Position numbers and translations under genes: made by a program | In this document: positions 1 to 10,415 of the stretch, one piece after another | Layout: every line of letters starts with the position of its first letter | Position numbering within the stretch: the stretch's first letter is position 1 | The notes under the pieces: generated by a model | The model's input: only the letters and a program-made list of their open reading frames with translations | What the model was told of the DNA's origin: nothing | Databases searched by the model: none | From: Actinomycetota bacterium | Lineage (GTDB): Bacteria; Actinomycetota; Acidimicrobiia; Acidimicrobiales; AC-9 | DNA length: 64,000 bases | Direction of reading: 5' to 3' | NCBI GenBank assembly: GCA_005888295.1 | Contig: VAWP01000098.1 | Span: 2,747-66,746 of the forward strand

Positions 1-1053
1 CGAGCCGGCGCCGAGGAAGAGCAGGGCCTTGTAGAAGGCGTGGGTGATCATCAAGAAGATGGCGGCCACGTAGGCGCCGGTGCCGACGGCCAGGAACATG
101 TAGCCCAGCTGGGAGATCGTCGAGTAGGCGAGGCCCCGCTTGATGTCCCCCTGGGCGCAGGCCGAGGTGGCGGCCAGGAACGCCGTGGCCAGCCCGACGA
201 TGGCCACCACGTTGAGTGAGGACGCCGTGTGGCTGAGCAGCGGGCTGACCCTCGCCATCAGGTAGACGCCGGCCGTGACCATGGTGGCGGCGTGGATGAG
301 CGCCGACACGGGCGTCGGGCCCTCCATGGCGTCGGGGAGCCAGATGAACAGCGGTATCTGGGCGGACTTGCCCACCGCCCCGAGGAACAGCAGCAGCGTG
401 ATGGCGGTGAGGGTCGTCGGGCCGATGCTGCCAACGGCGCCGAACACGCCGCTGTAGCTGAGCGTGCCCACCGTCGAGAAGATCAGGAACATGGCGATGA
501 GGAAGCCGAAGTCGCCGATGCGGTTGACGATGAAGGCCTTCTTGCCCGCGCTGGCGGCGCTGTCACGGTCGAACCAGAAGGCGACCAGCCAGTACGAGCA
601 CGCCCCCACCCCCTCCCAGCCGAGGAAGGTGAGCACGAAGTTGTCCGCCATGACCAGGATGAGCATGGAGAACACGAAGAGGTTGAGGTAGACGAAGAAC
701 TTCGAGAACTGCGGGTCGCGGTGCATGTAGCCGATCGAGTAGAGGTGGATCAGCGCGCTCACCGCGGTGACGAACAGCACCATCGTGATCGACAACTGGT
801 CGACCAGCAGCGCCGCCTTGATCTGGAGGCCGCCCACGGGGATCCAGGTGACGATCGTCTGGTCGAAGGAGCGGTTGCTGCTGGCTCGATGGAGCAGGTC
901 GAGGAAGACGAAGACGCCCACCACGAACGAGGCCGCCACCAGCAGCGTGGCGAACCAACCGGCGAGCGGGTTGCCGAGGCGCTTCCCGAAGAAGGCCAGC
1001 AGCACGGCGCCGGCCAGGGGCAGCAGGGGGATGATGTAGGCGTAATGGAGCAC
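1..1053 (-). CDS. nuoL: NADH-quinone oxidoreductase subunit L, N-terminal part (C-terminus lies beyond window start)
   Basis: Own translation from GTG at 1053: VLHYAYIIPLLPLAGAVLLAFFGKRLG...IHLYSIGYMHRDPQFSKFF...FLGWEGVGACSYWLVAFW...NRIGDFGF; frame open to position 1; directly downstream of nuoK. Confidence 0.9.
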   Translation of the reverse strand, partial: MLHYAYIIPLLPLAGAVLLAFFGKRLGNPLAGWFATLLVAASFVVGVFVFLDLLHRASSNRSFDQTIVTWIPVGGLQIKAALLVDQLSITMVLFVTAVSALIHLYSIGYMHRDPQFSKFFVYLNLFVFSMLILVMADNFVLTFLGWEGVGACSYWLVAFWFDRDSAASAGKKAFIVNRIGDFGFLIAMFLIFSTVGTLSYSGVFGAVGSIGPTTLTAITLLLFLGAVGKSAQIPLFIWLPDAMEGPTPVSALIHAATMVTAGVYLMARVSPLLSHTASSLNVVAIVGLATAFLAATSACAQGDIKRGLAYSTISQLGYMFLAVGTGAYVAAIFLMITHAFYKALLFLGAGS

Positions 1054-1061
1054 GCTCGGAG

Positions 1062-1367
1062 TCAGCCCTTCAGGATGTGGAGATCGTCCGCCGTGGCGCC
1101 CTTGCGCCGGCGGAAGATGGCGACGATGATGCCCAGCCCGACGACGACCTCGGCCGCCGCCACCACCAGCACGAAGAAGACCAGGGATTGGCCGCCGATG
1201 TCGTTCAGCATGCGGGAGAAGGTGACGAGGGTCAGGTTGACGGCGTTGAGCATGAGCTCGACGCACATGAACATGACCAGCACGTTGCGTCGAAGGAGGA
1301 GCCCGACGCCGCCGATGGTGAACAGCACGGCCGCCAGCGTCAGGTAGTAGGGACCCCCGAGGCTCAC
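1062..1367 (-). CDS. nuoK: NADH-quinone oxidoreductase subunit K
   Basis: 101-aa ORF, three-TM protein with ...[17 protein letters not shown]...; position between nuoJ and nuoL; 4-nt overlap with nuoJ stop. Confidence 0.9.
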   Translation of the reverse strand: MSLGGPYYLTLAAVLFTIGGVGLLLRRNVLVMFMCVELMLNAVNLTLVTFSRMLNDIGGQSLVFFVLVVAAAEVVVGLGIIVAIFRRRKGATADDLHILKG

Positions 1368-2053
1368 GAGCCACCGCCCGGGATCCCGGTCGGAGCCGGC
1401 TCCTCCTCGACAGCCGCTGGGGCGGTCTCGGCCTCAGGCTGCTCGGGCTCGGGCTCCGGCTCGATCGCCGTCTCCGGCGGCTCGGGCTCGGCCTCCTTCG
1501 AGGGCCGGCGGGAGAGCACCACGGCGCCGACCACGGCGATCACCAGCAGGACCGACGTGACCTCGAACGGGAGCAGGTAGGTGGTGAAGAGCGACCGGGC
1601 GAGCTTCTCGACGTTGGACCCAGGCCCTCCGGCAGGACCGGCCACCGAGCGGGCACCCGTCACCCAGTGGACCCCCGCCAGGAACAGCAGAAGGGACAGG
1701 CCCGCGGCCCCGATGACGAGGGCGAGGGGCCGCTGTCCCGGGAGCGGGTCCCGCCGCATCACGTCCAGCCGGTCGACGCCCAGCAGCATGATGACGAACA
1801 GGAAGAGGACGACGATGGCGCCGGCGTAGACGATCACCTGGACGACCGCCAGGAAGTCGGCCGACTGCTCCACGAACAGGACCGCGATCCCGAACAGCGT
1901 CATCACGAGCATCAGGGCCGAGTGCACCGGGTTGCGGGCGGCGATCACGCCGATGGCCCCGGCCACGATGACCGCGGCCGACACGGCGAACACCGTGGCG
2001 TCGGTGATGGTGACGGCCAGGATCGGGACGTGCACGAGCGGCACCGGCGGCAC
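1364..2053 (-). CDS. nuoJ: NADH-quinone oxidoreductase subunit J (with acidic Pro/Glu-rich C-terminal tail)
   Basis: 229-aa ORF, ...[50 protein letters not shown]...; operon position. Confidence 0.85.
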   Translation of the reverse strand: MPPVPLVHVPILAVTITDATVFAVSAAVIVAGAIGVIAARNPVHSALMLVMTLFGIAVLFVEQSADFLAVVQVIVYAGAIVVLFLFVIMLLGVDRLDVMRRDPLPGQRPLALVIGAAGLSLLLFLAGVHWVTGARSVAGPAGGPGSNVEKLARSLFTTYLLPFEVTSVLLVIAVVGAVVLSRRPSKEAEPEPPETAIEPEPEPEQPEAETAPAAVEEEPAPTGIPGGGS

Positions 2054-2727
2054 TAGCGGTACCTCCCCCCGTATCGGTGGGAGATGTCGGCCGAATTGAC
2101 GTCTCGGATGGAGATGTTGCCCGTCGCCTCGTCGTCGCGGTCGCCGACCTGGCCCGCCTCAGGAGTCCGGACGCCGTAGCCGAGCTCGCCGGACCACTGG
2201 ACCCGACCCTCGAAGGCGGCGTCGCCGTTGGGCGAGGTCGCCCGCATCCAGCCCGAGGTGTGGGCGTCGTCGCCGGAACGCCAGTCCTCCCACGGCAGCT
2301 GACGGGGGCGGCCCTCGTCGTCGACGACGAGCTCGTCCTTGGTGTAGATGGCGTCCTGGCGGTCCACGAAGGAGAACTCGAACAGCTTGCTCTCGGTGAT
2401 GGCCTCGGTCGGGCACGCCTCGACACACAGGTCGCAGTGGATGCAGCGCAGGTAGTTGATCTCGTACACGAACCCGAACCGCTCCCCCGGAGACACCGGG
2501 CTGTCAGGCGGGTTGTCGGCGCCCCGCACGTAGATGCAGCGGGCCGGGCAGACCCCGGCGCACAGCTCGCACCCGATGCACTTCTCCATGCCGTCCTCGT
2601 ACCGGCCCAGCACGTGGCGACCGTGGAAGCGGGGCGGCTTGAGCCGCTTCTCGTCGGGATAGCGGTGCGTCACCCGCGGCTCGAAGACCTGGCGGATGGT
2701 CACGCGGAAGCCGTCGAAGAACCCCAT
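2053..2727 (-). CDS. nuoI: NADH-quinone oxidoreductase subunit I (2x[4Fe-4S] ferredoxin type)
   Basis: Start at MGFFDGFRVTIRQ (ATGA overlap with nuoH stop); CIGCELCAGVCP and CIHCDLCVEACP cluster motifs; upstream part of the 314-aa ORF is read-through noise. Confidence 0.9.
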   Translation of the reverse strand: MGFFDGFRVTIRQVFEPRVTHRYPDEKRLKPPRFHGRHVLGRYEDGMEKCIGCELCAGVCPARCIYVRGADNPPDSPVSPGERFGFVYEINYLRCIHCDLCVEACPTEAITESKLFEFSFVDRQDAIYTKDELVVDDEGRPRQLPWEDWRSGDDAHTSGWMRATSPNGDAAFEGRVQWSGELGYGVRTPEAGQVGDRDDEATGNISIRDVNSADISHRYGGRYR

Positions 2728-3872
2728 CAGGCCACCTCGGTCCGGGCGCGCGACACCCGCAGCGCCTGGTAGAGCATGAGCCCGAACGCCAGGCCGCCGC
2801 CGAAGACGGCGAACCCCCATCGCGTGTCGATGAGCATGCCAGCCACGACGAGGAGCCAGAACAACGACAGCGGGATGAGCCGCTTCCACCCCAGGTCCAT
2901 CAGCTGGTCGTAGCGCAGGCGGGGCAGGCTGGCCCTGATCCACACGTACACGTACAGGAAGACGATCGTCTTGCCGAGGAACCACAGGATCGGCCACAGC
3001 CAGCGCACGACGTGGGGAGCAGGGCCGTCGGGCCCGCCGAAGAACAGGGTCACGACGATGGCCGACATCGTGATCGTGTTCATGAACTCGGCCAGGAAGA
3101 AGAGGGCGAAGCGAACCGAGGAGTACTCGGTGTGGAAACCCCCGACCAGCTCCTGCTCACCCTCCACCAGGTCGAAGGGCGGACGGTTCACCTCCGCCGT
3201 GACGGCGATGAAGAAGATGGCGAAGGGCACCACGCCGAGCCGGAGCACGTTCCAGTTGGGTATGAAGCCGTAGAGGCTGCCGTTCTGGGACTCGACGATG
3301 TCGCGGGTGGACAGCGAGCCCGTGATGAGGACGGCAGCCGCCGTCGACAGGCCCATGGCTGCCTCGTAGGAGACCATCTGGGCGGTGGCCCGGACCGAGC
3401 CGAGGAGGGGGTACTTCGAGCCGGACGCCCAGCCGGCCAGCATGAGTCCGTACACCGCCACCGACGACATGGCCAGGAGGAACAGGATCCCGATCTGCGG
3501 ATCGGCCACCTGGATCTCGGTCGTGTGGCCGAAGACCGTCACCTCCCCGCCGATGGGGATGATGGTGAAGATGAGGAAGGCGGGCACCACGGCGAGGTAG
3601 GGCGCCAGGTAGAACACGGTGCGGTCGGAGCCGTCCGGACGCAGGCCCTCCTTGAAGAAGAGCTTGATCCCGTCAGCCATGGTCTGGAGGATCCCCCAGG
3701 GCCCGGCGCGATTGGGGCCGATCCGGCTCTGCATGTCGGAGATGACCTTGCGCTCGAACCAGATCATGAGCAGCACCGACACCATGAGCACGACGAAGGC
3801 CACGATGACCTTGACGGCGACGATGAGAAAGACCCAGGGATCGATGCCGTGCGCGAACAGCGGGTCGCCCAT
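2727..3872 (-). CDS. nuoH: NADH-quinone oxidoreductase subunit H
   Basis: Start MGDPLFAHGIDPWVFL (ATGA overlap with nuoG stop); ...WFERKVISDMQSRIGPNRAGPWGILQTMADGIKLFFKE... typical NuoH/ND1. Confidence 0.9.
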   Translation of the reverse strand: MGDPLFAHGIDPWVFLIVAVKVIVAFVVLMVSVLLMIWFERKVISDMQSRIGPNRAGPWGILQTMADGIKLFFKEGLRPDGSDRTVFYLAPYLAVVPAFLIFTIIPIGGEVTVFGHTTEIQVADPQIGILFLLAMSSVAVYGLMLAGWASGSKYPLLGSVRATAQMVSYEAAMGLSTAAAVLITGSLSTRDIVESQNGSLYGFIPNWNVLRLGVVPFAIFFIAVTAEVNRPPFDLVEGEQELVGGFHTEYSSVRFALFFLAEFMNTITMSAIVVTLFFGGPDGPAPHVVRWLWPILWFLGKTIVFLYVYVWIRASLPRLRYDQLMDLGWKRLIPLSLFWLLVVAGMLIDTRWGFAVFGGGLAFGLMLYQALRVSRARTEVA

Positions 3873-6760
3873 CAGAGGGTCTCCAGGCGCACGTCGTTGA
3901 CGGTTCTGCCGCTGTCGATGAGGTCTTCGGCGCCGTCGTCGGCCAGGTCGAGGTCGATCACGGCGACACCCCTGGGGACGTCGGTGTCGGCGAGCACCCC
4001 CATCTCCAGGGCCTCGCGGCCGCGGACCCGCACCCGGCCGCCGGTCTGCACACCGAGGCGGTCGAGGTCGTAGGGGTTGGCCCGGAGACCCGGTGACGGA
4101 GCGAGCGGGGCCAGGGAGGGGCAGGCCTGGACCAGGGTCCCGTGGTCGTACAGGCGGTGACGGGCGACGAGGCGGAGGGCGTAGCTGTCGGGCGCGGGTA
4201 CCGACCGCGGCTTGGCCGGGGTGAACCGCACCAGCGCCGGCCGGTCGGCGGACGAAGGGACGTCGGGTGGGCCGACCTCCAGCGCGCCGGGTTGCGACGG
4301 TCCGGCGACCGGCAGTTGCGTCTCGGGCGGGCCTGCCCTCGGCGCCGGACCCGCGTCCGCCGGGACGTCGGACGGGATGCCGGGCACCTCGCCGTTGGCC
4401 GTCGGTGGTGCCCCGGCGATGTTGGGGATCCCCTGGCTCTCGATGGCGCCGATGCCCGGCGTGGCCATGGGGTCGATGGGACCGGGCGCCGGCTGGGTGG
4501 CGCCCGCACCGGTGTCGGTTGCACCGGCGTGCACGGGCGCCGCACCGCCGGGGCGGCCGGTACCGACGGCGAGGCGGACCGGCACCCTCGGCATCGGAGC
4601 CACGATCCCGTCGGCGGCGTGCGGGTCGCCGATCAGGCGGCGGGTGATGCCGGCGTGCGAGGGAGCCACCCGCTCGATCTCGTCCCAGACGGCGTCCACC
4701 GTGTCCATGCCGAGGTCGCCCCCGAGGCGGGCGGCGAGCTCGGCGGCGATCATCCAGTCGGGTCGCGTGACGCCAGGCCCGACGACCTTCTGGCCCAGGC
4801 GGCTGATGCGACCCTCGACGTTCGTCGTGGTGCCGGAACGTTCGGCGTACATGGCGGCGGGAAGGACGACGTCGGCCTGTCCGGAGGACTCGTTCAGGAA
4901 GGCGTCGACGGCGACGACGAAGGTGGCGCCCGCCATGCCTCGCTGGGCGAGCTGCCGGTCGGGGAAATCGGTGAGCGGGTCGGCGCCGAGGAGCACGAGC
5001 GCCTCGATGCGCTTCTCGGCGGCGGCCGAGAGCATCCCGGCGGTGTCCAACCCCCGCTCCTCGGGCACCGCCCCCCACGCCGCCGTGTACCACGCGCGCG
5101 CCTCGTCCAGGCCCACGCGGCCGGGCAGGATGCCGGGGGCGAGACCCATGTCGAGCGCACCGTGGACGTTCGACCGCCGCAGGGCGGGCAGGAAGCGGGC
5201 CTCCGGCCACGCACCGAACAGCACCGCCGCAGCCTCGTCGACCATGTCGTCGGCCTCGGCGACCGACGGACGGCCCAGGACCACGACGACGCCGTCGCCG
5301 TCGGCACCGGGGCCCTGGCCGTCACGACGATGAAGGATCGCCCGCGCCACATCCAGGGGCTGCTCACCGTCGCCCGCCGGCGCCGACTCTGTCTCCGGCG
5401 CCACGAGGGCACGGGCCAGCGCCGCCACCTCCCCGGGACCGTAGGTGAGCGATGCGCTGGCGTAGCGGGTCATGGCGGTGGGTACCGCCGTGAGCTCGAT
5501 CACGGGCACGCCGCGCTCGACTGCCGCCTCCCGCAGGCGGAGGAACAGCACCGGCAGCTCCTCGCGCAGGTCGGGCGCCAGCAGCACCAGGGCGTCGGCC
5601 GAGCAGGCCTGGTCGATCGTCGCCCTGGGCAGGCCCAGAACGACCTCGGCCGGCAGGCCGTCACCGAGCTGGGCGTCGACCGAATCGGTGCCCAGGACCC
5701 CCTTGGCCAGCTTGGCCCAGGCGTAGGCGTCCTCGTTGGGCAGCCGGGCGCCGCCGATGACGCCGACGGCAGAGGGCCCGCCCCGGTGCTTGACCCCGGC
5801 CAGCCCCTGGGCGGCCGCCGCCAGCGCGTCGTCCCAGGAGACCTCGACGAGCTCGTCGCCTCGGCGCACGAGAGGGTGGGTGACGCGGTCGTCACTGTTG
5901 ACCGCCTCGAAGTCGAAGCGGCCCTTGTCGCACAGCCACGTCTGGTTCACGGGATCGGAGTCCACACCGAGGTACCGCGTGAGCCGGTTGGAGGACGACT
6001 GCACGACCACCCGGCAGCCGACGGCACACGAGGTGCACGTGCTCTCGACCTGCTCGAGATCCCAGGGCCGCGCCCTGAACCGGTACGGCGCGGCGGTGAG
6101 GGCGCCGACCGGGCAGATCTGGACGGTGTTGCCGCTGAAGTACGAGGCGAAGGGATGGTCGGGGTACGTGTTCACCTCGAGCTGGTCGCCCCGCCCGATG
6201 AAGTTGATGAGAGGCTCGCCGGCGTGCTCGTCGGCGAAGCGTGTGCACCGGGCGCACTGGATGCAGCGCTCGCGGTCCAGGTCGACCAGTCCGCTGATGG
6301 GTATCGGCTTGGCGAAATGCCGCTTCTCCTCGACGAAGCGGCTCTCTCCGGGGCCGTAGGCGAGGGTCTGGTCCTGGAGAGGGCACTCCCCACCCTTGTC
6401 GCAGACGGGGCAGTCGAGGGGGTGGTTGATGAGGAGGAACTCGAGCACCCCGTCCTGGGCCTTCTTCACCTTGTCGGAGGTCGTGCGCACCTCCTGGCCG
6501 TCGGCCACGGCGACGAAGCAGGCGGGCTGGAGGGAGTAGCCGCGCGGCCCCCTGATCTCCACGAGGCACATGCGGCACATGCCCACCGGCTTCATCCGGG
6601 GGTGGTAGCAGAACCTCGGGATGTAGGTGCCCGCCCGCTCGGCGGCCGCGATGACCATCTCGCCCGGCCGGGCCTCGACCTGACGGCCGTCGACCACGAT
6701 GCTGAGGGTCTCCGTGTTGCCGGGCCGGCCTCCCGGGCCGGCCGTGGCGGTGTCAGCCAT
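3872..6760 (-). CDS. nuoG: NADH-quinone oxidoreductase subunit G (long form with Pro/Ala/Gly-rich insert before C-terminal domain)
   Basis: Start MADTATAG...; 2Fe-2S/4Fe-4S motifs RFCYHPRMKPVGMCRMCLVE, HPLDCPVCDKGGECPLQDQ, CIQCARCTRF; molybdopterin-oxidoreductase-like remainder. Confidence 0.9.
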   Translation of the reverse strand: MADTATAGPGGRPGNTETLSIVVDGRQVEARPGEMVIAAAERAGTYIPRFCYHPRMKPVGMCRMCLVEIRGPRGYSLQPACFVAVADGQEVRTTSDKVKKAQDGVLEFLLINHPLDCPVCDKGGECPLQDQTLAYGPGESRFVEEKRHFAKPIPISGLVDLDRERCIQCARCTRFADEHAGEPLINFIGRGDQLEVNTYPDHPFASYFSGNTVQICPVGALTAAPYRFRARPWDLEQVESTCTSCAVGCRVVVQSSSNRLTRYLGVDSDPVNQTWLCDKGRFDFEAVNSDDRVTHPLVRRGDELVEVSWDDALAAAAQGLAGVKHRGGPSAVGVIGGARLPNEDAYAWAKLAKGVLGTDSVDAQLGDGLPAEVVLGLPRATIDQACSADALVLLAPDLREELPVLFLRLREAAVERGVPVIELTAVPTAMTRYASASLTYGPGEVAALARALVAPETESAPAGDGEQPLDVARAILHRRDGQGPGADGDGVVVVLGRPSVAEADDMVDEAAAVLFGAWPEARFLPALRRSNVHGALDMGLAPGILPGRVGLDEARAWYTAAWGAVPEERGLDTAGMLSAAAEKRIEALVLLGADPLTDFPDRQLAQRGMAGATFVVAVDAFLNESSGQADVVLPAAMYAERSGTTTNVEGRISRLGQKVVGPGVTRPDWMIAAELAARLGGDLGMDTVDAVWDEIERVAPSHAGITRRLIGDPHAADGIVAPMPRVPVRLAVGTGRPGGAAPVHAGATDTGAGATQPAPGPIDPMATPGIGAIESQGIPNIAGAPPTANGEVPGIPSDVPADAGPAPRAGPPETQLPVAGPSQPGALEVGPPDVPSSADRPALVRFTPAKPRSVPAPDSYALRLVARHRLYDHGTLVQACPSLAPLAPSPGLRANPYDLDRLGVQTGGRVRVRGREALEMGVLADTDVPRGVAVIDLDLADDGAEDLIDSGRTVNDVRLETL

Positions 6761-8057
6761 ACGGACAGGCGCCTTCCTTGATGTGCACGAGGAACTCGTC
6801 CCGGAACATGCGGATGGCCCACACGATCGACGACGGGATCGAGGGCCCCAGCACGCAGATGGTGGTCTGCTGGGGCGGCCACGACAAACCGGGGGCGATG
6901 TTGTCGCACACGTCGAGGAGCAGGTCCAGGTCCTGCTCCCGGCCCGAGCCCTCCTCGATACGGCGGACCACCTTCTCGATCCAGCCCGCGCCCTCGCGGC
7001 AGGGGGTGCACTGGCCGCAGGACTCCCGGTAGAAGAAGCGCACGATGCGCCAGGCGGCGCGCACCACACAGGTCTGGTCGTCCATGACGACGACCGACCC
7101 GGAGCCGAGCATGGAGCCCGCCTTGCCCACGGCGTCCTGGTCGAGGGGCAGGTCGATCTGGTCGGGGCCGAACCAGGGGGCCGACACCCCGCCAGGGATG
7201 AAGGCCTTGAGCTCGCGACCATGGCGGATGCCGCCTCCCAGCACGGGGGCGAAGATGAGATCGCGGAAGGTCGTCTTGGCCATCTCCAGCTCGTAGTTCC
7301 CCGGCCGGCGGACGTGGCCCGACAGGGCGAACACCCGCGTCCCGGTCGAGCTGCCCTCGCCCAGTGCGGCGAATGCGTGCCCGCCGTGCTGCACGATCCA
7401 GGGCAGGTTGGCCATGGTCTCGGTGTTGTTGGCGATGGTCGGCTCCCCGTAGAGACCGATGGCGGCGGGAAAGTACGGCGGCTTGATCCGTGGGAAGGCC
7501 CGCTTGCCCTCGAGGCTCTCCAGCAGCCCGGTCTCCTCGCCGGCGATGTAGGCCCCTGCGCCCGGATGGACGACCACGTCGACGGAGAAACCCGACCCGA
7601 AGATGTCGCGGCCCACGGCGCCGTGCTGGTAGGCCTCGTTCAGGGCAGCCTGCATGCGCTCCAGCCCGAGGGCGAACTCACCCCGCACGAAGATGAAGGC
7701 CTGCGTCACCTGGTTGGCGTAGGCGGCGATGAGCGTGCCTTCGATGATCCCGTGCGGGTCACGCTCGATCAGCAGGTGGTCCTTGAAGGTGGCCGGCTCG
7801 CTCTCGTCACCGTTGACGACGAGGTAGCGCACCGGCGACGGGCGGAGCATCGACCACTTGCGTCCGGCCGGGAAGCCGGCACCCCCGCGCCCGAGCAGGC
7901 TGGCCGCGTTCACCTCCTCGGCGACCTGCTCCGGCTCCATGCGCAGAGCCCTGCGCAACCCGTCGTAGCCACCGGTCGCCAGGTACCGCTCGAGGGTGTG
8001 CGAGTCCCCGTGGCGCAGGCGGGCGGTGACGATCGGTGAGGCGTCTGTGAGGGCCAT
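6753..8057 (-). CDS. nuoF: NADH-quinone oxidoreductase subunit F
   Basis: Start [11 protein letters not shown] (ATGA overlap with nuoE stop); GRGGAGFPAGRKW, ...ESCGQCTPCREG... FMN/NADH and 4Fe-4S motifs. Confidence 0.9.
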   Translation of the reverse strand: MALTDASPIVTARLRHGDSHTLERYLATGGYDGLRRALRMEPEQVAEEVNAASLLGRGGAGFPAGRKWSMLRPSPVRYLVVNGDESEPATFKDHLLIERDPHGIIEGTLIAAYANQVTQAFIFVRGEFALGLERMQAALNEAYQHGAVGRDIFGSGFSVDVVVHPGAGAYIAGEETGLLESLEGKRAFPRIKPPYFPAAIGLYGEPTIANNTETMANLPWIVQHGGHAFAALGEGSSTGTRVFALSGHVRRPGNYELEMAKTTFRDLIFAPVLGGGIRHGRELKAFIPGGVSAPWFGPDQIDLPLDQDAVGKAGSMLGSGSVVVMDDQTCVVRAAWRIVRFFYRESCGQCTPCREGAGWIEKVVRRIEEGSGREQDLDLLLDVCDNIAPGLSWPPQQTTICVLGPSIPSSIVWAIRMFRDEFLVHIKEGACPYG

Positions 8058-8686
8058 CAGGACCTCTCGGCCTGGGCGGCCGCGGCGCGCTCCGCTCGGG
8101 CCCGGTCTGCCTCGGCCCGCTCGGCCCGGACCTGCTCGGCGGGCACGGCGAGCCCGCCCTGCCGGCGCACGCGCGACAGCACCCCGTGGTGCGGCACGTC
8201 GTCGTCGAGGCGGCCGGCGGCGAGATCCTCGACCAGGGTGTCGAAGCGCTCGTCGTCGACCGACCCGAAGAAGCGGTGGTTCACCTGAAGGCACGGCGCC
8301 CGGTCGCAGAAGGCGATGCACTCGGCTTCCTCGAGGCTGAACATCTGGTCGGGAGTGGTCGCCCCGACGCCGATGGCGAGCCGTTCCTCGGCGTGCTCGA
8401 GCAGCTCGTAGGCACCGTTCAGGAGGCAGGCGATGTTGGTGCACACCGACACCATGTAGCGGCCCACGGGCTCGGTGCGCAGCATCTCGTAGAAGCTGGC
8501 CGTGCCCAGGACCTCGGCGGGGGTGATGCCCATGAGCTCTGCGATGTGCTCCATGACCTCGGGACTGAGCCAGCCCTCCTCGGCCTGGGCCAGGTGGCAG
8601 ATGGGCACCAGCGCCGAGCGCGAGTCGGGGTACAGCGACATCAGCTCCCGGGCCTGGGCCACGGCCTCCGCGCTGAGGCGGGCCAT
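8057..8686 (-). CDS. nuoE: NADH-quinone oxidoreductase subunit E
   Basis: Start [34 protein letters not shown] (ATGA overlap with nuoD stop); CTNIAC...[10 protein letters not shown] 2Fe-2S motif. Confidence 0.9.
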   Translation of the reverse strand: MARLSAEAVAQARELMSLYPDSRSALVPICHLAQAEEGWLSPEVMEHIAELMGITPAEVLGTASFYEMLRTEPVGRYMVSVCTNIACLLNGAYELLEHAEERLAIGVGATTPDQMFSLEEAECIAFCDRAPCLQVNHRFFGSVDDERFDTLVEDLAAGRLDDDVPHHGVLSRVRRQGGLAVPAEQVRAERAEADRARAERAAAAQAERS

Positions 8687-9958
8687 CAGCGGTCCACCTC
8701 TCCCAAGATGGGGTCGATCGAGGAGATGATGGCGACGGCGTCGGCGACGAGGCCGCCGTGGACCATGGTCGCCATGCTCTGGAGGTTGTTGAACGACGGC
8801 GCCCGGATGTGGAGCCGGTAAGGCTTGGGGGAGCCGTCGGAGACCAGGTAGCAGCCGAGCTCGCCGCGGGGCGACTCGATGCCGACGTAGACCTCGCCCT
8901 CGGGCACCTTGAAGCCTTCGGTGAAGATCTTGAAGTGGTGGATGAGCGCTTCCATCGACTCGTCGATGCGAGCTCGCGGAGGCGGGGTGACCTTCTTGTC
9001 CTGCGTGCGGTAGTCGCCGGCCGGCATGCGGTTGACGATCTGGCGGACGATGCGGATCGATTCGCGGATCTCGTTCAGGCGCACGGCGTAGCGGTCGAAG
9101 CTGTCGCCGTAGGTCCCCACCACCACGTCGAAGTCGACCTGGTCGTAGAACAGGTACGGCATCGTCCGCCGCAGGTCCCACGGCACACCGGTGGACCGGA
9201 GGATGGGCCCGGTGGCCGAGGAGGCGATGGCCGCCTCGGCGGTGATCCTCCCGACGCCCTCGGTACGCTCCCGGAAGATGGGCTGGCCCGTGAAGAGGTC
9301 GTCGTACTCGGCCAGCCGGGGCGCGGATGTAGTTGTGGTTCATGCGCAGGCCGGTGACCTTCTCGAGGAAGTCGAGCACCACCTCGCGCTCGCGGAAGCC
9401 GTAGATCATCATCGACGTGGCTGCGAGGTCCATGCCGTTGGTGGCCATCCAGAGGAGGTGCGACGACATGCGGTTGAGCTCGACCATGAGCATCCGGATC
9501 CATGTCGCCCGCTCGGGTATGTCGACGCCCAGCAAGGCCTCGGTCGCCAGCGAGAAGACCAGCTCGTTGTGGAGCGGCGAGAGGTAGTCCATGCGGGTGA
9601 CATTGGTCGCGCCCTGGATGTAGGTGAGGTCCTCGCCCGTCTTCTCCATGCCGGTGTGGAGATAGCCGATGATCGGCTTGGCCCGCAGCACCGTCTCGCC
9701 GTCGAGCTCCATCATGATCCGGAGCACGCCGTGGGTCGACGGGTGCTGGGGACCCATGTTGATGATCATCGTCTCGTCTTCGCCGACCTCGATGTCGATG
9801 TCGCCGGCGTCGAGGGCCGTCGCCCCCTCGGCCGCTCGCACGATGCCGCCTTCCTCGATGCGCCGCTCGGCTGCAGTCGTTCCCTCGCGCGAGAGCATCT
9901 CCTGGGTCCCCTCCGAGGTCTCGGCGACCAGGCGGCTCTCGTCTTCGGTGTGGCTCAT
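8686..9958 (-). pseudogene. nuoD: NADH-quinone oxidoreductase subunit D, reading frame broken near 9316-9328 (apparent internal deletion plus frameshift)
   Basis: N-terminal frame: ...[25 protein letters not shown]...LRMNHNYIR then junk. A second frame resumes 13 nt later: [24 protein letters not shown]...VPWDLRR...[14 protein letters not shown]...[14 protein letters not shown]. Span length 1273 nt is not a multiple of 3. Confidence 0.8.
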
Positions 9959-9965
9959 CGTGGCC

Positions 9966-10415
9966 TCAACGGGGTCCGGGGGCTTCCTTGAACTGCACCG
10001 GCACCCGCCCGACGGCGTAGTCCTTGCGCAGCGGATGGCCCTCCCAGTCCTCCGGCATCAGGATCCGGGTCAGGTCGGGATGGCCGGCGAAGCGGATCCC
10101 GAACATGTCGAAGGTCTCGCGCTCGGGGGCCTCGACGCCGGGATAGAGATCGAACAGGGACGGGATCGTCGGATCGGACTCGGGCACCTGCACCCTGATG
10201 CGGATGCGCCGGCGCTGCTCCATCGAGACGAGGTTCACCACGACCTCGAAGCGCTCGGGATGGACCTCGGGCGGAAGGGTGCGCCCGCGATGGCTGAGGT
10301 AGTCGACTCCGCACACGTCGACGCACATCTCGAAACCCTCGTCCTTGAGCCCGGCAACGACCTGCAGATAGTCGTCACGAGACGGGTGGATGACCTCGCC
10401 GGTGGTCGCCGCCAT
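9966..10415 (-). CDS. nuoC: NADH-quinone oxidoreductase subunit C (short form, 149 aa)
   Basis: ...[14 protein letters not shown]...[36 protein letters not shown]; ATGA overlap with nuoB stop. Confidence 0.8.
   Translation of the reverse strand: MAATTGEVIHPSRDDYLQVVAGLKDEGFEMCVDVCGVDYLSHRGRTLPPEVHPERFEVVVNLVSMEQRRRIRIRVQVPESDPTIPSLFDLYPGVEAPERETFDMFGIRFAGHPDLTRILMPEDWEGHPLRKDYAVGRVPVQFKEAPGPR

Noticed and set aside
1364-4600. Low-complexity tails and inserts: the NuoJ C-terminal EAEPEPPE... tail and the NuoG Pro/Ala/Gly-rich ~100-aa insert
   Set aside because: These are likely disordered linkers common in high-GC actinobacterial proteins. No repeat structure or independent coding signal was seen.
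229-8039. Very long plus-strand ORFs antisense to the nuo genes (e.g. 4142-6781, 879 aa; 229-1347; 6699-8039)
   Set aside because: They are Arg/Gly/Asp/His/Pro-rich with no recognisable motifs. Such shadow ORFs are typical opposite real genes at ~70% GC, and the minus-strand genes are unambiguous.
9966-10415. nuoC looks short (149 aa) and might be 5'-truncated like nuoD and mshA
   Set aside because: The core motifs are present and the ATG overlaps the nuoB stop (ATGA), which argues for an intact junction. Short N-termini occur in this family.
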